A stretch of 32,000 bases of DNA from positions 1,410,001-1,442,000 of the forward strand of contig NZ_LT934425.1 in the NCBI RefSeq assembly GCF_900232105.1, given 5' to 3'. The notes beneath the pieces are model-generated. The model had not been told where the DNA came from. It did not search any database and saw only the letters and a list, made by a program, of their open reading frames with translations. A program made the position numbers and the translations under genes. Shown piece after piece: positions 7,041 to 17,597 of the stretch; within the stretch, counting starts at the first letter, position 1; each line of letters starts with the position of its first letter. The DNA comes from Candidatus Kuenenia stuttgartensis (GTDB taxonomy: Bacteria > Planctomycetota > Brocadiia > Brocadiales > Brocadiaceae).

Positions 7041-8525
7041 CTACCTTTTCCACGTTACCGGTAAAAATATAAGGAGAAAGCTGTAAATTTCCAGCCTGCC
7101 AAGGAGCATGCAAAAGCTTAAAATCCATTTACAGAAATAAGAAATTTCGCTGAAATTAAGCGATGGGCCAACTTTTGCAAGTCCGGGACCGCAATTGGAC
7201 ATACAGGTGCTTACGGCAGAAAAGGAGGTCACCATGTCAAGATTTGTCGCCATCAATGCCAGCGAACACACCCCGAAAAATCCAAGGTACACCACGAAGA
7301 ATACCGAGCAGCCGGTAATAATTTCCCCACTCACCGATTCGCCGTTAATCTTTACATGTTTTACCATGCGCGGCCTTATTACACGTACTATTTCCCGCAT
7401 GCTGGACTTGAGCAGTATCAATATCCTCACGCTTTTAATGCCGCCGCCGGTTGAACCTGCGCACGCACCGATAAACATGAGCAATACGAGCAGAAACCGG
7501 CATATATCAGGCCATACGTCAAAATCTGCCGTTGAGAAACCCGTTCCGGTGCATATTGCAACTACCTGGAAGAACGAACGTCTGAGGGAATATTCAAAAT
7601 GCTGATGATACTCACTGCCGGCTTCATTATGAAAGCTGCCAGGCTGGCCGAGGTATAAAAACACGGCAACAAAGACAATTGCTATCAGATTGAGTCCGGC
7701 AAAAAAACGCAGTTCGGAATTTTTCAGTATTTTTTTGAAATTTAACTGAAAACACTGATAATAAAGCCCGAAATTACAACCACAAATAAACATAAAGACG
7801 GCGGCTACAATTTCTATATAAAGATTATCAAAATATGCAATACTGGTGTTCTTTGTGGAAAACCCTCCCGTTGAGACCGTGGCAAAGGAATGGCAAATGG
7901 CGTCAAAAAACGGCATGCCGCCCAGGAAGTACAATAGCGTCACTGTTGCCGTAAAAACAAGATAGATAATCCACAGCACCTTTGCCGTTGCCGCGATCCT
8001 GGGCTTCAGTTTGCCTACGGTAGGGCCGCTTACCTCTGCAGTAAAGAGCGGGTATCCGCTTACGCCCATAGCGGGGAGTAATGCTACAAAAACGACAATA
8101 ATACCCATCCCGCCAAGCCAATTGGTAAATGTCCGCCAGAAAAGTATGCTTTCCGGCAATATTTCCACGTTTGTAAGAAGGGAAGACCCTGTTGTGGTAA
8201 AACCGCTTGTTGTCTCAAAAACCGCATCGGTGTACGTTGTGCATACCCCGGAATACCAATAAGGAACTGCTCCCAGGAATATACAGATGAACCAGCTAAA
8301 CGTTACAATGGCAATGCCTTCTCTGATGCCTATTTCTTCTTCAATTTTCCGGAAGAATAGTTTATTAAGTCCGCCCAACATGCCGGAAAGAACTATCGCC
8401 AGGATAAAGGCCCATAAGGTGTCGTAGTTTTTATAAAACAACGCAACGCCCAGCGGGATTAAGAATATTGCGGAAAGCATTAACGCAAGATTAGATACCG
8501 TACGAAGTACTATCGAAATGTTCAT
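7041..8525 (-). CDS. trkH: Potassium uptake transporter TrkH/KtrB family
   Basis: 494 aa polytopic protein with pore-loop motifs 'TTSGFTTTGSS', 'GGMGI', 'GTGFSTADF', 'GACAGSTGGGIK'; adjacent to trkA. Confidence 0.92.
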   Translation of the reverse strand: MNISIVLRTVSNLALMLSAIFLIPLGVALFYKNYDTLWAFILAIVLSGMLGGLNKLFFRKIEEEIGIREGIAIVTFSWFICIFLGAVPYWYSGVCTTYTDAVFETTSGFTTTGSSLLTNVEILPESILFWRTFTNWLGGMGIIVVFVALLPAMGVSGYPLFTAEVSGPTVGKLKPRIAATAKVLWIIYLVFTATVTLLYFLGGMPFFDAICHSFATVSTGGFSTKNTSIAYFDNLYIEIVAAVFMFICGCNFGLYYQCFQLNFKKILKNSELRFFAGLNLIAIVFVAVFLYLGQPGSFHNEAGSEYHQHFEYSLRRSFFQVVAICTGTGFSTADFDVWPDICRFLLVLLMFIGACAGSTGGGIKSVRILILLKSSMREIVRVIRPRMVKHVKINGESVSGEIITGCSVFFVVYLGFFGVCSLALMATNLDMVTSFSAVSTCMSNCGPGLAKVGPSLNFSEISYFCKWILSFCMLLGRLEIYSFLLIFLPVTWKR

Positions 8526-8558
8526 AGACGATGAGGTTTAAGTGATGATGAAATGAGT

Positions 8559-9914
8559 TCAGACTTTTCCATTGGAAAAGAGGGTTTGGACTTTTTCGAT
8601 GGCATTTGGAAGTGCAAAAACAATCACGCTTTCCCCAGGATTTATTATGGTATCGCCTGTGGGCAGTTTCATAACTCCATTATGTGAAATAGCGCCAATA
8701 ATAGCACCCTTTGGGAAGTGTACCTCTTTCAGGGGCTTGCCTAAAATTTTTGAGTGTTCCGATGCTATCAACTCCATGGCCTCGGCTTCGCTTTGCTGAA
8801 ACTTTACCACGGAAAGGGTATCGCCCCTGCGGATATGCTGCAAGATGGAACCTGCGGTGATGAGCCTTGGGTTTATTACCACGTCAATACCCAGAGAATT
8901 AATAATAGGTACAAACGCGGGGTCTTCCGTGAGCACAATGGCCTTTTTTGCTCCGAGCCTCTTTGCCAGCAATGCGGCGAGAAGGTTGCTCTGTTCGTTT
9001 TCAGAAACAGCCACAAAAAAATCCGCCATGTGAATAGAAGATTCCTTCAGGATATCAATATCCAGGGCATCGCCCTTCAGGATAATTGTTCTGTCCAGCA
9101 CTGACGCCGCTTCTTCCGTTTTTTCCTTGAGTGGTTCTACAATGGTAACCCCGATTTTTCTATCTTCCAGTTTCTTCGCCAAATTAAGGCTTGCCCGGTT
9201 TACGCCATAGATAACGACTTTTGCGACTTCATCTGCCCGCCTGTTCACCATCGGAAGGAAGAATGGCAATGCCTCTTTTGCCATAACCACATAGATGTTA
9301 TCGTTCGGTTTAATTTCTGTTTCTCCCGTAGGAATAATCATTTCATCATTCCGTTGGATAGCGACGATAAGAAAAGAATCCGTGTATTCAATTTCTTCCA
9401 GATCGGCAAGTTTTTTACCGACTATCGGGGCATCCGCAGGCACGCTAAACCCTCTCAGCAGAACGTCCCCTCCTTTAAAATCGGCCACATAGTTTGCGCC
9501 AGGAGTGCCGATGATATTCATGATAGAATTAATTGTTATCATTTCCGGGTTTATTATGTAGTCGATATGAAACCCGTTTTGGTGTACAAATGGTTTTTTT
9601 TCCGAAAATTCCGGGTTTCTTATTCTTGCAATCTTTGTTTTTACATTATATTTATACGAAAGTATACACGTCACGATATTTATCTCATCGCTGTTTGTTA
9701 CGGCCAATACGACGTCGGTATTCTTAATCCCGGCTTCTTCCAGGATTGAAGGAGACGTGGCCATTCCCAACACTGCAGAAACATCCATTTTCTCCGTAAT
9801 ACGGTCGACCATGTTTTGGTCTTTGTCTATAACAGAGATATCGTGTCCCTCTTTAGACAATTGTTTTGCGAGATTAAAACCTACCGCACCTGCTCCTACG
9901 ATAAGGATTTTCAT
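8559..9914 (-). CDS. trkA: Trk system potassium uptake protein TrkA
   Basis: 451 aa; N-terminal Rossmann motif MKILIVGAGAVGFNLAKQLSKEGHDISVID, duplicated RCK-like halves. Confidence 0.93.
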   Translation of the reverse strand: MKILIVGAGAVGFNLAKQLSKEGHDISVIDKDQNMVDRITEKMDVSAVLGMATSPSILEEAGIKNTDVVLAVTNSDEINIVTCILSYKYNVKTKIARIRNPEFSEKKPFVHQNGFHIDYIINPEMITINSIMNIIGTPGANYVADFKGGDVLLRGFSVPADAPIVGKKLADLEEIEYTDSFLIVAIQRNDEMIIPTGETEIKPNDNIYVVMAKEALPFFLPMVNRRADEVAKVVIYGVNRASLNLAKKLEDRKIGVTIVEPLKEKTEEAASVLDRTIILKGDALDIDILKESSIHMADFFVAVSENEQSNLLAALLAKRLGAKKAIVLTEDPAFVPIINSLGIDVVINPRLITAGSILQHIRRGDTLSVVKFQQSEAEAMELIASEHSKILGKPLKEVHFPKGAIIGAISHNGVMKLPTGDTIINPGESVIVFALPNAIEKVQTLFSNGKV

Positions 9915-10079
9915 TTATATTTCAAACTCCTGTTAAAAATTATTTACGATTTACGATTTTTTTAATCTGTGTAATCGTTCGACTGAGCTCACGACGAAGT
10001 CTGTGTAATCTGTGGTTTCTTCTTTTATTAACTTACGATTTGGGATTTCAGGTCGTACCTCGTAAATCGTACTTCGTTA

Positions 10080-12155
10080 CTATTTTGCATTGGCGACGCC
10101 AATTTCAATTTTGTCATTTAATGCCTGAAAATGGGGTAAAAATTCTTCGCCGCCAAGATTAGGGTCCTCCGTCTTCAACAGGGCGATAAGGTCCTTTACC
10201 TTTTCATAGTTACCCTGTTCAAGCATGGCAGTGGCAATGTCCAAACGACCTTGCCAGCACCATTGGCAATTCCGGGGATTCTCTTCAAGCCACACGGTGA
10301 ACCATTTTAGCGCACGGTCAAACTGTTTCAGCTCTTTTGCGCACTGAATAAATTCTTTTTTTATTGTGTCATCAACGGAATTATGTTTTAAAATTTCCTC
10401 ATAATTATTGAGTGCGTTCTGCCAATCTTTTAACGCAAATAATGTTTTTGCCCGTTTTATCCTGATTTGCAAGACCTTATCCTGTAACTCCGGGAATTTT
10501 GCATATTTTGCCATTATTCTGCCAAGAACGATTTCTGCCCGCTTATAATCTGCAATATTATAAAAACTAGCCGCCACGGACTCCATAATATCAAACGTTG
10601 CGTCTTCAATATTCACCAAACGCCCGGCCGCTTGTTCCACAACCCGTTTATCAACATCCTGAAGCGCTTTTATCAAAGCCTCAATTGCCGGCAGATTTCC
10701 AATCTGGCCGAGAGCCGTCACCGCCGACTCTCTTACTCGGGCACTACTGTCGGACAGGCGCTTAATAAGGGGTTCCACACATACAGGGTCGCCGATTTTC
10801 CCTAAACTATCTGCCGCATACCACCGGACACGTTCTTCCCCGTCGTTCAGGGCGGCAATTAAGTACGGCACCGCGCGCACATCGGCGAGTTTCCCAAGAG
10901 ACGCCGCAGTACACTCCCTTATTTCGGGCTTCTCGTGCGTTAGAAATTGAATCAACGTATCAACCGCTCTTAAATCTCCCGTCTCGCCTAACGATTCTAT
11001 TATCGTAGACACAATGGGGGCATTTGTTTTATTGTTTAACGCTTCGATGAGAACCGCCACCACCTCATCATTCCCAAATTGTCCAAGCGCCCTGGCAGCC
11101 TTTTCTCTCACAATCAAACTTTCATCACCCAGGGCACGAATTAAAGGTTTTAGCGCTTTTTCATCGTTAATCACCCCTAGTGTCTGAACAACTTCAATAC
11201 GTACTTCTTCTTCTTTGTCTGATATGGCATTAATCAATATATCGACAATTGATGAGTCTTTTATCTTTGCCAATTCCTTTGCGGCAAAAATTCTTACTTC
11301 CGGATAATCACTTTTAATCGCTTCACTCAACAATGCAGTGTCTATTTTGTCATGTCCAAGTTCAATGAGCTTAATAGTCTTTCGCGCCACTTCCTGTTTT
11401 AATTGTTCAATCTCTGCCTCTAATTGCTGGGTCTTTTCTTCCTGCTTCAGCACAATTTCATCCAGCCATTGTTCCCGTGTTTTCGACTTATTACGCAGCC
11501 ACCATTCCCTCCACCATGAGGAATCCTTGTTGCTTGATACTTTTGTAATTTTCTCCAAAGACGCCATCACGGTTTCCCGCAAATCACTATCATCAGACCG
11601 AAGCATTTTAATAAGCGGGTCTACGGAGTCCTGGTCATTCGTATTGCCTAATGCCTTTGCCAACAGTATCTTAACATCCCTTGACTGCTTAGGGTTAAGC
11701 ATGGCGTCCGCCATCATATTTATTGTTTTTTTTGTTTTAATCCTCCCAAGCGCATTCAAGGTAACGGTTCTTATTTGTTCAGATTCATCGCCCAACAGGC
11801 GGATTAAATATTCAACCGCACGATCATCTCTGGCAAATCCGAATGCCCTTATCACGGATATTTTAATATCTTCCCGCACTTTTGCATCTTTTAATATGTT
11901 TGTTAAGGGTTCCTGCGCATTTTGCAAATTTAATCCCAGCAAAGAAACTGCCGCAAAACTTCGTATCGTGGGGTCATCTGAATATAACTGAAGGGTCCAT
12001 TCGTCTATATTCCTGCGCAGTTTTATATCCGCTTTTGGCTCTTTTTCCTCAATAACCACCTTTTTCATTGGTACAGAGGCACATCCCATAGTGCCAAATA
12101 CACACATGGGATATAACACCATTCCGAATAGCATCAGTTTTATTTCTCTTCGCAT
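10080..12155 (-). CDS. HEAT-repeat (PBS lyase-like) protein with C-terminal TPR-like region, probable exported/lipoprotein
   Basis: 691 aa; many 'VRxxAAxALGxIGD..AVxPLIxAL' repeats; N-terminal hydrophobic leader ending near Cys (GTMGC). Confidence 0.85.
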   Translation of the reverse strand: MRREIKLMLFGMVLYPMCVFGTMGCASVPMKKVVIEEKEPKADIKLRRNIDEWTLQLYSDDPTIRSFAAVSLLGLNLQNAQEPLTNILKDAKVREDIKISVIRAFGFARDDRAVEYLIRLLGDESEQIRTVTLNALGRIKTKKTINMMADAMLNPKQSRDVKILLAKALGNTNDQDSVDPLIKMLRSDDSDLRETVMASLEKITKVSSNKDSSWWREWWLRNKSKTREQWLDEIVLKQEEKTQQLEAEIEQLKQEVARKTIKLIELGHDKIDTALLSEAIKSDYPEVRIFAAKELAKIKDSSIVDILINAISDKEEEVRIEVVQTLGVINDEKALKPLIRALGDESLIVREKAARALGQFGNDEVVAVLIEALNNKTNAPIVSTIIESLGETGDLRAVDTLIQFLTHEKPEIRECTAASLGKLADVRAVPYLIAALNDGEERVRWYAADSLGKIGDPVCVEPLIKRLSDSSARVRESAVTALGQIGNLPAIEALIKALQDVDKRVVEQAAGRLVNIEDATFDIMESVAASFYNIADYKRAEIVLGRIMAKYAKFPELQDKVLQIRIKRAKTLFALKDWQNALNNYEEILKHNSVDDTIKKEFIQCAKELKQFDRALKWFTVWLEENPRNCQWCWQGRLDIATAMLEQGNYEKVKDLIALLKTEDPNLGGEEFLPHFQALNDKIEIGVANAK

Positions 12156-12887
12156 GCGTTAATGATCCGTTATTTAAAAGTAATTTTCAGGTAAATACCG
12201 CCACCATAGAAGTGGAAATCCGAAATGCTGAATACAAATCCACCCCCTGCACCACCGCCAGCGGGGGACATTCTCCCCCTTTGGAGGGGATTAGGGGGAG
12301 GATTTTAGAATTTGCTTTGTGCTTTGTGCTTGTTTGGTTCCGGCTTGTCCATGGCAGGATAATACCTTTTCTCCCTGCAAAGGTATGCGCTACACAATTA
12401 TGGGCTATTTGGGTTGAGGCAGCAAAAAACACCTTGGTAATCAGGGCTGGGTATATAGTATTACCCCGTAAAAACTTCTTTTTTTGTAGGTTTTTCTTTG
12501 CATCCTTTGCGTTCTGTATATCCTTTGTGCCCTTTGTGGTTAAACTATTTTTGATTGCGGCTTTTTGCTGCATTATGACGTTTCTGTAAGAATAGCTGAC
12601 TGAAAGACCGCTTGATGGTAACAAATTCCACTTTTTCGGTCAATATAAAAAGATTTGGGAGGTACGAGGCTGGATTTATGGTTTTTGTTTGCATAAGTTT
12701 TATAAAAACCAGTTAAACCACGGAACACAAGGCTCCTCTATCAACAGGAAATTTAAGAAATGTGTTTATTATTCTAAGACCAGACGCTTTTGGCTACAAC
12801 AACTCGCGGGAACATTGTGTAGGTTTACAAGGTACGATTTAAATCCCAAATCGTAAATCAAACTTCGTACTTCACAAATCTACTATG

Positions 12888-13838
12888 CTAAAAAGGTGAT
12901 TCCTTAAATACCTCTTTAAACCGCACCTTAAATTCATCTGCTGTGAAGTGAAAGTTTTGCGTCCCATACACTTCAACTGCATAGGCGGCACAAACGGCGC
13001 CTATCTTTGCCGCATGGACAATCCCCTTGCCTGAAACCAATCCTTTTATTAAACCGGCTCTGTAAGCATCTCCGGCGCCGGTGGGGTCCTTTACCACGGA
13101 TACTTTTGCGGCAGGGACGTCATATGTCTTTGTGGTTCCGTTTTCTCCGCATATAATTGCGGACCCGTATTCCCCTTTCGTTATAATCAAAATATCCGTT
13201 CCCCTTATAATATCTTCGCTTGTCATGGAAGTCTTGTCTTGCGTAAGCTGGAATTCGTAGTCATTGCAGATAAATATTTTTGCCCCGTCAATGGCTTCCA
13301 TTAGATGCTCTTTTGACCATGCAGGCAAGGACTGTCCCGGGTCAAAGATATACTCTATTCCTTTTTGTTTATATATTTTTGAAAACTGCATCATATCATC
13401 CAAATTTCCGGGAGAGACAATTGCCAAGGACACTTCTTTCGCCGCAGCATCAAAATCAAACCAGGCGCTATATTTCATGGCACCCGGATTAAACGCCGTT
13501 ATTTGATTGTCCGATCGGTCTGTTGTAATATATGCCCCTGCCGTCAATTCTTCCTCTATCATCTTTATATGCATGGTAGATATTTTATGGTCTTCCAGCC
13601 ACTTTTTGTACGGTTCAAAATCACGTCCGGAAGTTGCAATAATTTTGGGGGTTTCGCCAAACAAGGAGAGCGCGTAAGCAATATTGCCCGCAGTTCCTCC
13701 AAAATTTTCTTTCAGTTCATTAATCATAAAACATACATTCAGCAGGTGTGTTTTTTCGGGAAGAATGTGATCTGAAAATTTTCCGGGAAAATCCATAATT
13801 CTGTCATATGCCACTGAACCTGAAACAAGTATATTCAT
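12888..13838 (-). CDS. PfkB-family carbohydrate/nucleoside kinase (adenosine kinase-like)
   Basis: 316 aa; 'GGTAGNIAYALSLFG' and 'DPTGAGDAYRAGL' PfkB signatures. Confidence 0.9.
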   Translation of the reverse strand: MNILVSGSVAYDRIMDFPGKFSDHILPEKTHLLNVCFMINELKENFGGTAGNIAYALSLFGETPKIIATSGRDFEPYKKWLEDHKISTMHIKMIEEELTAGAYITTDRSDNQITAFNPGAMKYSAWFDFDAAAKEVSLAIVSPGNLDDMMQFSKIYKQKGIEYIFDPGQSLPAWSKEHLMEAIDGAKIFICNDYEFQLTQDKTSMTSEDIIRGTDILIITKGEYGSAIICGENGTTKTYDVPAAKVSVVKDPTGAGDAYRAGLIKGLVSGKGIVHAAKIGAVCAAYAVEVYGTQNFHFTADEFKVRFKEVFKESPF

Positions 13839-14355
13839 TGCTTTTCCTTCTCAATAATGAAGTGATTAAAAAAAATCGTAACAAGTAGGGACGAAGTATT
13901 TGCTATAAATTCGAGCTCGTTCCCAAACCTTGTACTGAACATAGTGAAGTATCTGTTTGGGAACGCAATTGCACTGGAAACTTTGTTTCCAGTGAGGGTC
14001 TGGCTTGACAAATTACAAACTGTCTTAACCCTGTGATTTTATTCCCTATCTATCAGCAAACAGGCGAGAAACCGGAGTTTCTCGAACAAATGCATTCCCA
14101 AACAGATACTTCACTATGTTCAGTACAAGGTTTGGGAACGAGCCGTGTATCGTTTACGCTGAATAGTTACTGATGCTTCGTCAAAATCGTTAAATCATCT
14201 CAACCATTTGGCCATTAAAATGGAAGCAGGAGCTTCCAATACAATTACGTTCCAAAACCGGAACTTGGGAACGAGCGTTAGTAGGTGCGGAGTATTTGTT
14301 AGTTTGGGCATGAAAACATTTATGCCAATTTACAGCAAATGCTTTGCCCCTACAG

Positions 14356-15306
14356 TTATTTTTCCTTCTTTAAACAACTATCGTCAAGCATATGTATTAA
14401 TTTATTCATCTCCGGTTTTGTTACATAGTTGTCAGCGCCAACACTTTCACATTTCACCACCATCTGATTATTTATCAGGCTGGAAAACATAATCACAGGG
14501 ATATTTTTGAGCAAGGCGTCGCTCTTTATCCTTTTGCATAAGGTTAATCCGTCAAGCTCCGGCATTTCTATATCAGATATTAATACATCGGGTAGTTCTG
14601 TGGAAAAAGAATCTTCCGCTTTTACTTTGTCACGTATTCCCATCAGTGCATAAAACGCCTTTTGACCATTTTCAAACACACGGACATTACTATACCCCGC
14701 ACTGCTCAGTACGCGAACAACATTGTCACGAATAGTCTTCGAATCCTCGGCAAAGAAAACCACCACATTTTCACGTCCCTGTTTTTTTTCTATTTGAAAT
14801 GTCTCGCTGGCAGCCTCGCCAATCGCCAAGTGTGGAAATATTTTAGAAAGAATATGTTCCAAATCGATAATCATAATTTCTTTATTATCGATATGCACCG
14901 ACCCGATAACACCTGACCCGCTGCTGTTGATAATATTGCTTATTGGAATAAAATCGCTCCAGGAAAGCCTGTGAATCCGGTTCACTCCATCTACCAAAAA
15001 GCTATTAATTGAATTATTAAATTCAGTTACTATTACCACCGATATGCTATTTGCATCATCGCTGTTTTTCTTCTGTATATCTAGTGCGTTTGCCAGATTA
15101 ATGAGGGGTATTGTTTTTCCCCGGTGCAGCATCAACCCCATCATGGCCGGAAGAGACGTAGCCACCTTAGTGACTGTTTTTGGGTCATGCTGTACTATCG
15201 ACTGTACTTTTGCAACATTTACACCAAACGACTGATCTCTTAGGAGAAACTCCAGCAATTCCATTTCATTGGTGCCGCTTTCCAGGAGAATTTGTTGTTT
15301 TGCCAT
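14356..15306 (-). CDS. cheV: Chemotaxis protein CheV (CheW domain plus receiver domain)
   Basis: ORF track start 15378, but MAKQQILLE at 15306 has a good SD (GGAAGGAG). N-terminal CheW-like; C-terminal receiver 'VVFFAEDSKTIRDNV...LPDVLISDIEMPELDGLTLCKRI...VIMFSS'. Confidence 0.85.
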   Translation of the reverse strand: MAKQQILLESGTNEMELLEFLLRDQSFGVNVAKVQSIVQHDPKTVTKVATSLPAMMGLMLHRGKTIPLINLANALDIQKKNSDDANSISVVIVTEFNNSINSFLVDGVNRIHRLSWSDFIPISNIINSSGSGVIGSVHIDNKEIMIIDLEHILSKIFPHLAIGEAASETFQIEKKQGRENVVVFFAEDSKTIRDNVVRVLSSAGYSNVRVFENGQKAFYALMGIRDKVKAEDSFSTELPDVLISDIEMPELDGLTLCKRIKSDALLKNIPVIMFSSLINNQMVVKCESVGADNYVTKPEMNKLIHMLDDSCLKKEK

Positions 15307-15804
15307 AGCAATGCTCCTTCCGTTAGTACTTCCCCGGCTCGAAAATAAGACTACAAAAAATAGCTTAAGCACATACACTACAACACAATATGGTTATAAA
15401 ACCATTTTCATCGTTTCCGGGTGTTGCAAATGCAAAATGATGACTGTTTTTAAAATACGAGGGGGAACCATAGACTGCTCTTATTACATATATTATTAAG
15501 CTGGCATAGCCGGAACCAAACAAGCAATAAATAAAAAATCCGAATAACAACGAATAAAATTCGAAACAAATCCAAAACATACCTATCTGCGTGCAATCAC
15601 GCGCAGGCAGGCAACAAATATTAAGCACGAAAAGCAAGATAGAAAAGATGCATTTGTTTAGAATTTCGAATCATTTTGTCATTAGAATTTGTTTCGGATT
15701 TCGCGAGTATTAACCCCTGGCAGCGTTGTTTTGCCCCAATCACACAAACGGTTACAAAAAATCGTGAATGCTCCTTTGACAAAAAGACAAAAAGTGCACG
15801 AGCT

Positions 15805-16218
15805 TTATGGCTGCAGCAATTTTCGTAATTTTTCCGGTATTGCCGCAGGTTTACGTTTTGCATTAAGGCATGCGAGCTTTGTGTATCCTTCGGCAACCAA
15901 TGTATCACCCTCTTCCCTGAATACTTTATAACTAAATTGAACCGTTGCATGTTTCAATTCGGAAACCCATGTTCGTACAATAAGTACGTCGTCATAGTAA
16001 GCAGGGGAACGGAAATTACAATGCACTTCGGCCACTGGAAAATAGATGTGTTCCTTTTCCATTTCGGAATAAGGCAGTCCGCATTGCCGCAAATATTCAG
16101 TACGCCCCATTTCAAAGAAAACAAGGAAATTCGCGTAATAAACAATCCCCATCTGGTCTGTTTCCTGGTATCGCACGCGCGTTTTTATTTCGTGTATTTT
16201 CCTTCGAAAATCGTCCAT
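15805..16218 (-). CDS. Acyl-CoA thioesterase, YbgC/4-hydroxybenzoyl-CoA thioesterase family
   Basis: 'VRYQETDQMGIVYYANFLVFFEMGRTEYLR' family signature. Confidence 0.9.
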   Translation of the reverse strand: MDDFRRKIHEIKTRVRYQETDQMGIVYYANFLVFFEMGRTEYLRQCGLPYSEMEKEHIYFPVAEVHCNFRSPAYYDDVLIVRTWVSELKHATVQFSYKVFREEGDTLVAEGYTKLACLNAKRKPAAIPEKLRKLLQP

Positions 16219-16238
16219 GATGTTTTATAGAACTTCAG

Positions 16239-16655
16239 GCGGGTTTAGGTTTGCAACCCAATGTCATTAAGTTAAACAAACGGCCGCAAAAGTCCCCATT
16301 AATAAAGGGGGGAAAAAGGGAGTTGTTTTTGATCAAATAATTCATAGCACCTTAGTTACTTGAAAAATCCAAGGGGATATAAAAAACAATGTAGCCCCTT
16401 TAGGGGCGGTCTGTTTGTAGCGCAATAAAATTCAACAGGTAAATAGCTCCGTAGGAGCGGCCTGTATATGATTGACAGGAAGACAGGCCGCTCCTGATTA
16501 TAGAGACAGGTTTCAAACCTGTCTCTACGATCTGTTATGGTATCCTATCTACAAACAGGTTGCTCCTACGGAGCTTATCGGCAATACGCTTTTTTTAAAA
16601 ACCAAAGTGTTACAATAATTCTTAACTTAATGACATTGGTTTGCAACCTGAACCC
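16239..16655. mobile_element. MITE-like ~417-bp element, copy 1, with ~36-bp imperfect terminal inverted repeats
   Basis: Left end GCGGGTTTAGGTTTGCAACCCAATGTCATTAAGTTAA; right end CTTAACTTAATGACATTGGTTTGCAACCTGAACCC; interior matches 23279-23678 in inverse orientation. Confidence 0.85.
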
Positions 16656-16780
16656 ATAGTTTATTTGGCGAATAGCGCTCTATGTATTTAAAATGGCTAA
16701 AATCCCCCTACTGACAGTAATGCTGCAAACCCGAACCCGTCTGGAGGTACGAGGTACAAATCCCAAATCGTACCACCCTA

Positions 16781-17566
16781 CTATTTCCTGAATGCGGTAA
16801 GGTAGGAATCGCTGTAAACATTTTTGTTCATAATAATCTCTGCTGTAATTGCAGCATCCATCAGGTCATTATCAAGGACGTCCATCAGTGCGGCATTTAA
16901 CCCATATGCGATTCCCATAGTCAGGAAGGTGCGGGCAAGAAGTTTTTTTTCTTTTGTACCCTGAGAAAAATTGCTCAATCCCACGTTCCTCTGAGGCGCC
17001 GGGTCTGAGATCATTTGTATTTGGCTGAAAATATCAAACATGAGTGCTGGTTGTTTCTGGTCTACATTGATGGGAAACAATACCGGGTCAATCAGGATTT
17101 TTTCCATGGGAAAATTATGTTCAACGGCCTTCTCTACAATCTGCATTACAAATTCCATACGCTTCTCCACGTCCTGCGGAATGCCGTGTTTATCCATGGT
17201 AAGGCATATTAAAGAGGCGTTATAGTCCTTTGCTATGCCCATGTATTTATCCAGTTCTTCCGGATCGCTCTTTGTTGAATTGATTAATACATCATTTTTT
17301 ACTACCGACAAACCGGCTTCCACTATGTCCCACTTTTGACTGTCAATGGCAATAGGAGTTTTTACGGTATCCTGAATAACCTCAATCAGCCATTTCATGG
17401 CGTCTACCGGGTCAGTTGCAGCAGGCCCCACATTCACATCCAGATACGTGGCACCTGCTTCCGTCTGCTTTTTTGCCAGTTCCTGTATCGCTTTCGGATC
17501 TTTATTTTTAATACTCTCCCTCACGTCTTTAAACATACCATTAATACGTTCGCCGATAGAAATCAT
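16781..17566 (-). CDS. acsE: Methyltetrahydrofolate:corrinoid/iron-sulfur protein methyltransferase
   Basis: 'MISIGERINGMFKDV... ADPVDAMKWLIEVIQD..PIAIDSQ' pterin-binding family; in acs cluster. ORF track start at 17614 overlaps acsD; Met at 17566 is more plausible. Confidence 0.9.
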   Translation of the reverse strand: MISIGERINGMFKDVRESIKNKDPKAIQELAKKQTEAGATYLDVNVGPAATDPVDAMKWLIEVIQDTVKTPIAIDSQKWDIVEAGLSVVKNDVLINSTKSDPEELDKYMGIAKDYNASLICLTMDKHGIPQDVEKRMEFVMQIVEKAVEHNFPMEKILIDPVLFPINVDQKQPALMFDIFSQIQMISDPAPQRNVGLSNFSQGTKEKKLLARTFLTMGIAYGLNAALMDVLDNDLMDAAITAEIIMNKNVYSDSYLTAFRK

Positions 17567-17597
17567 CGAATGTTTTCCCCTTTTTAAAATCGTAATT

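Noticed and set aside
12187-12624. 145-aa minus-strand ORF and opposing 12212-12589 ORF
   Set aside because: Contains repeat-translation strings such as 'LTTKGTKDIQNAKDAKKN' and 'ILPLIPSKGGECPPLA' typical of non-coding interspersed sequence; no family recognised.
15365-15950. Small ORFs 15365-15637, 15621-15950, 15689-15931
   Set aside because: Lie in the AT-rich dispersed repeat and/or overlap the thioesterase gene; composition and lack of motifs suggest non-coding.
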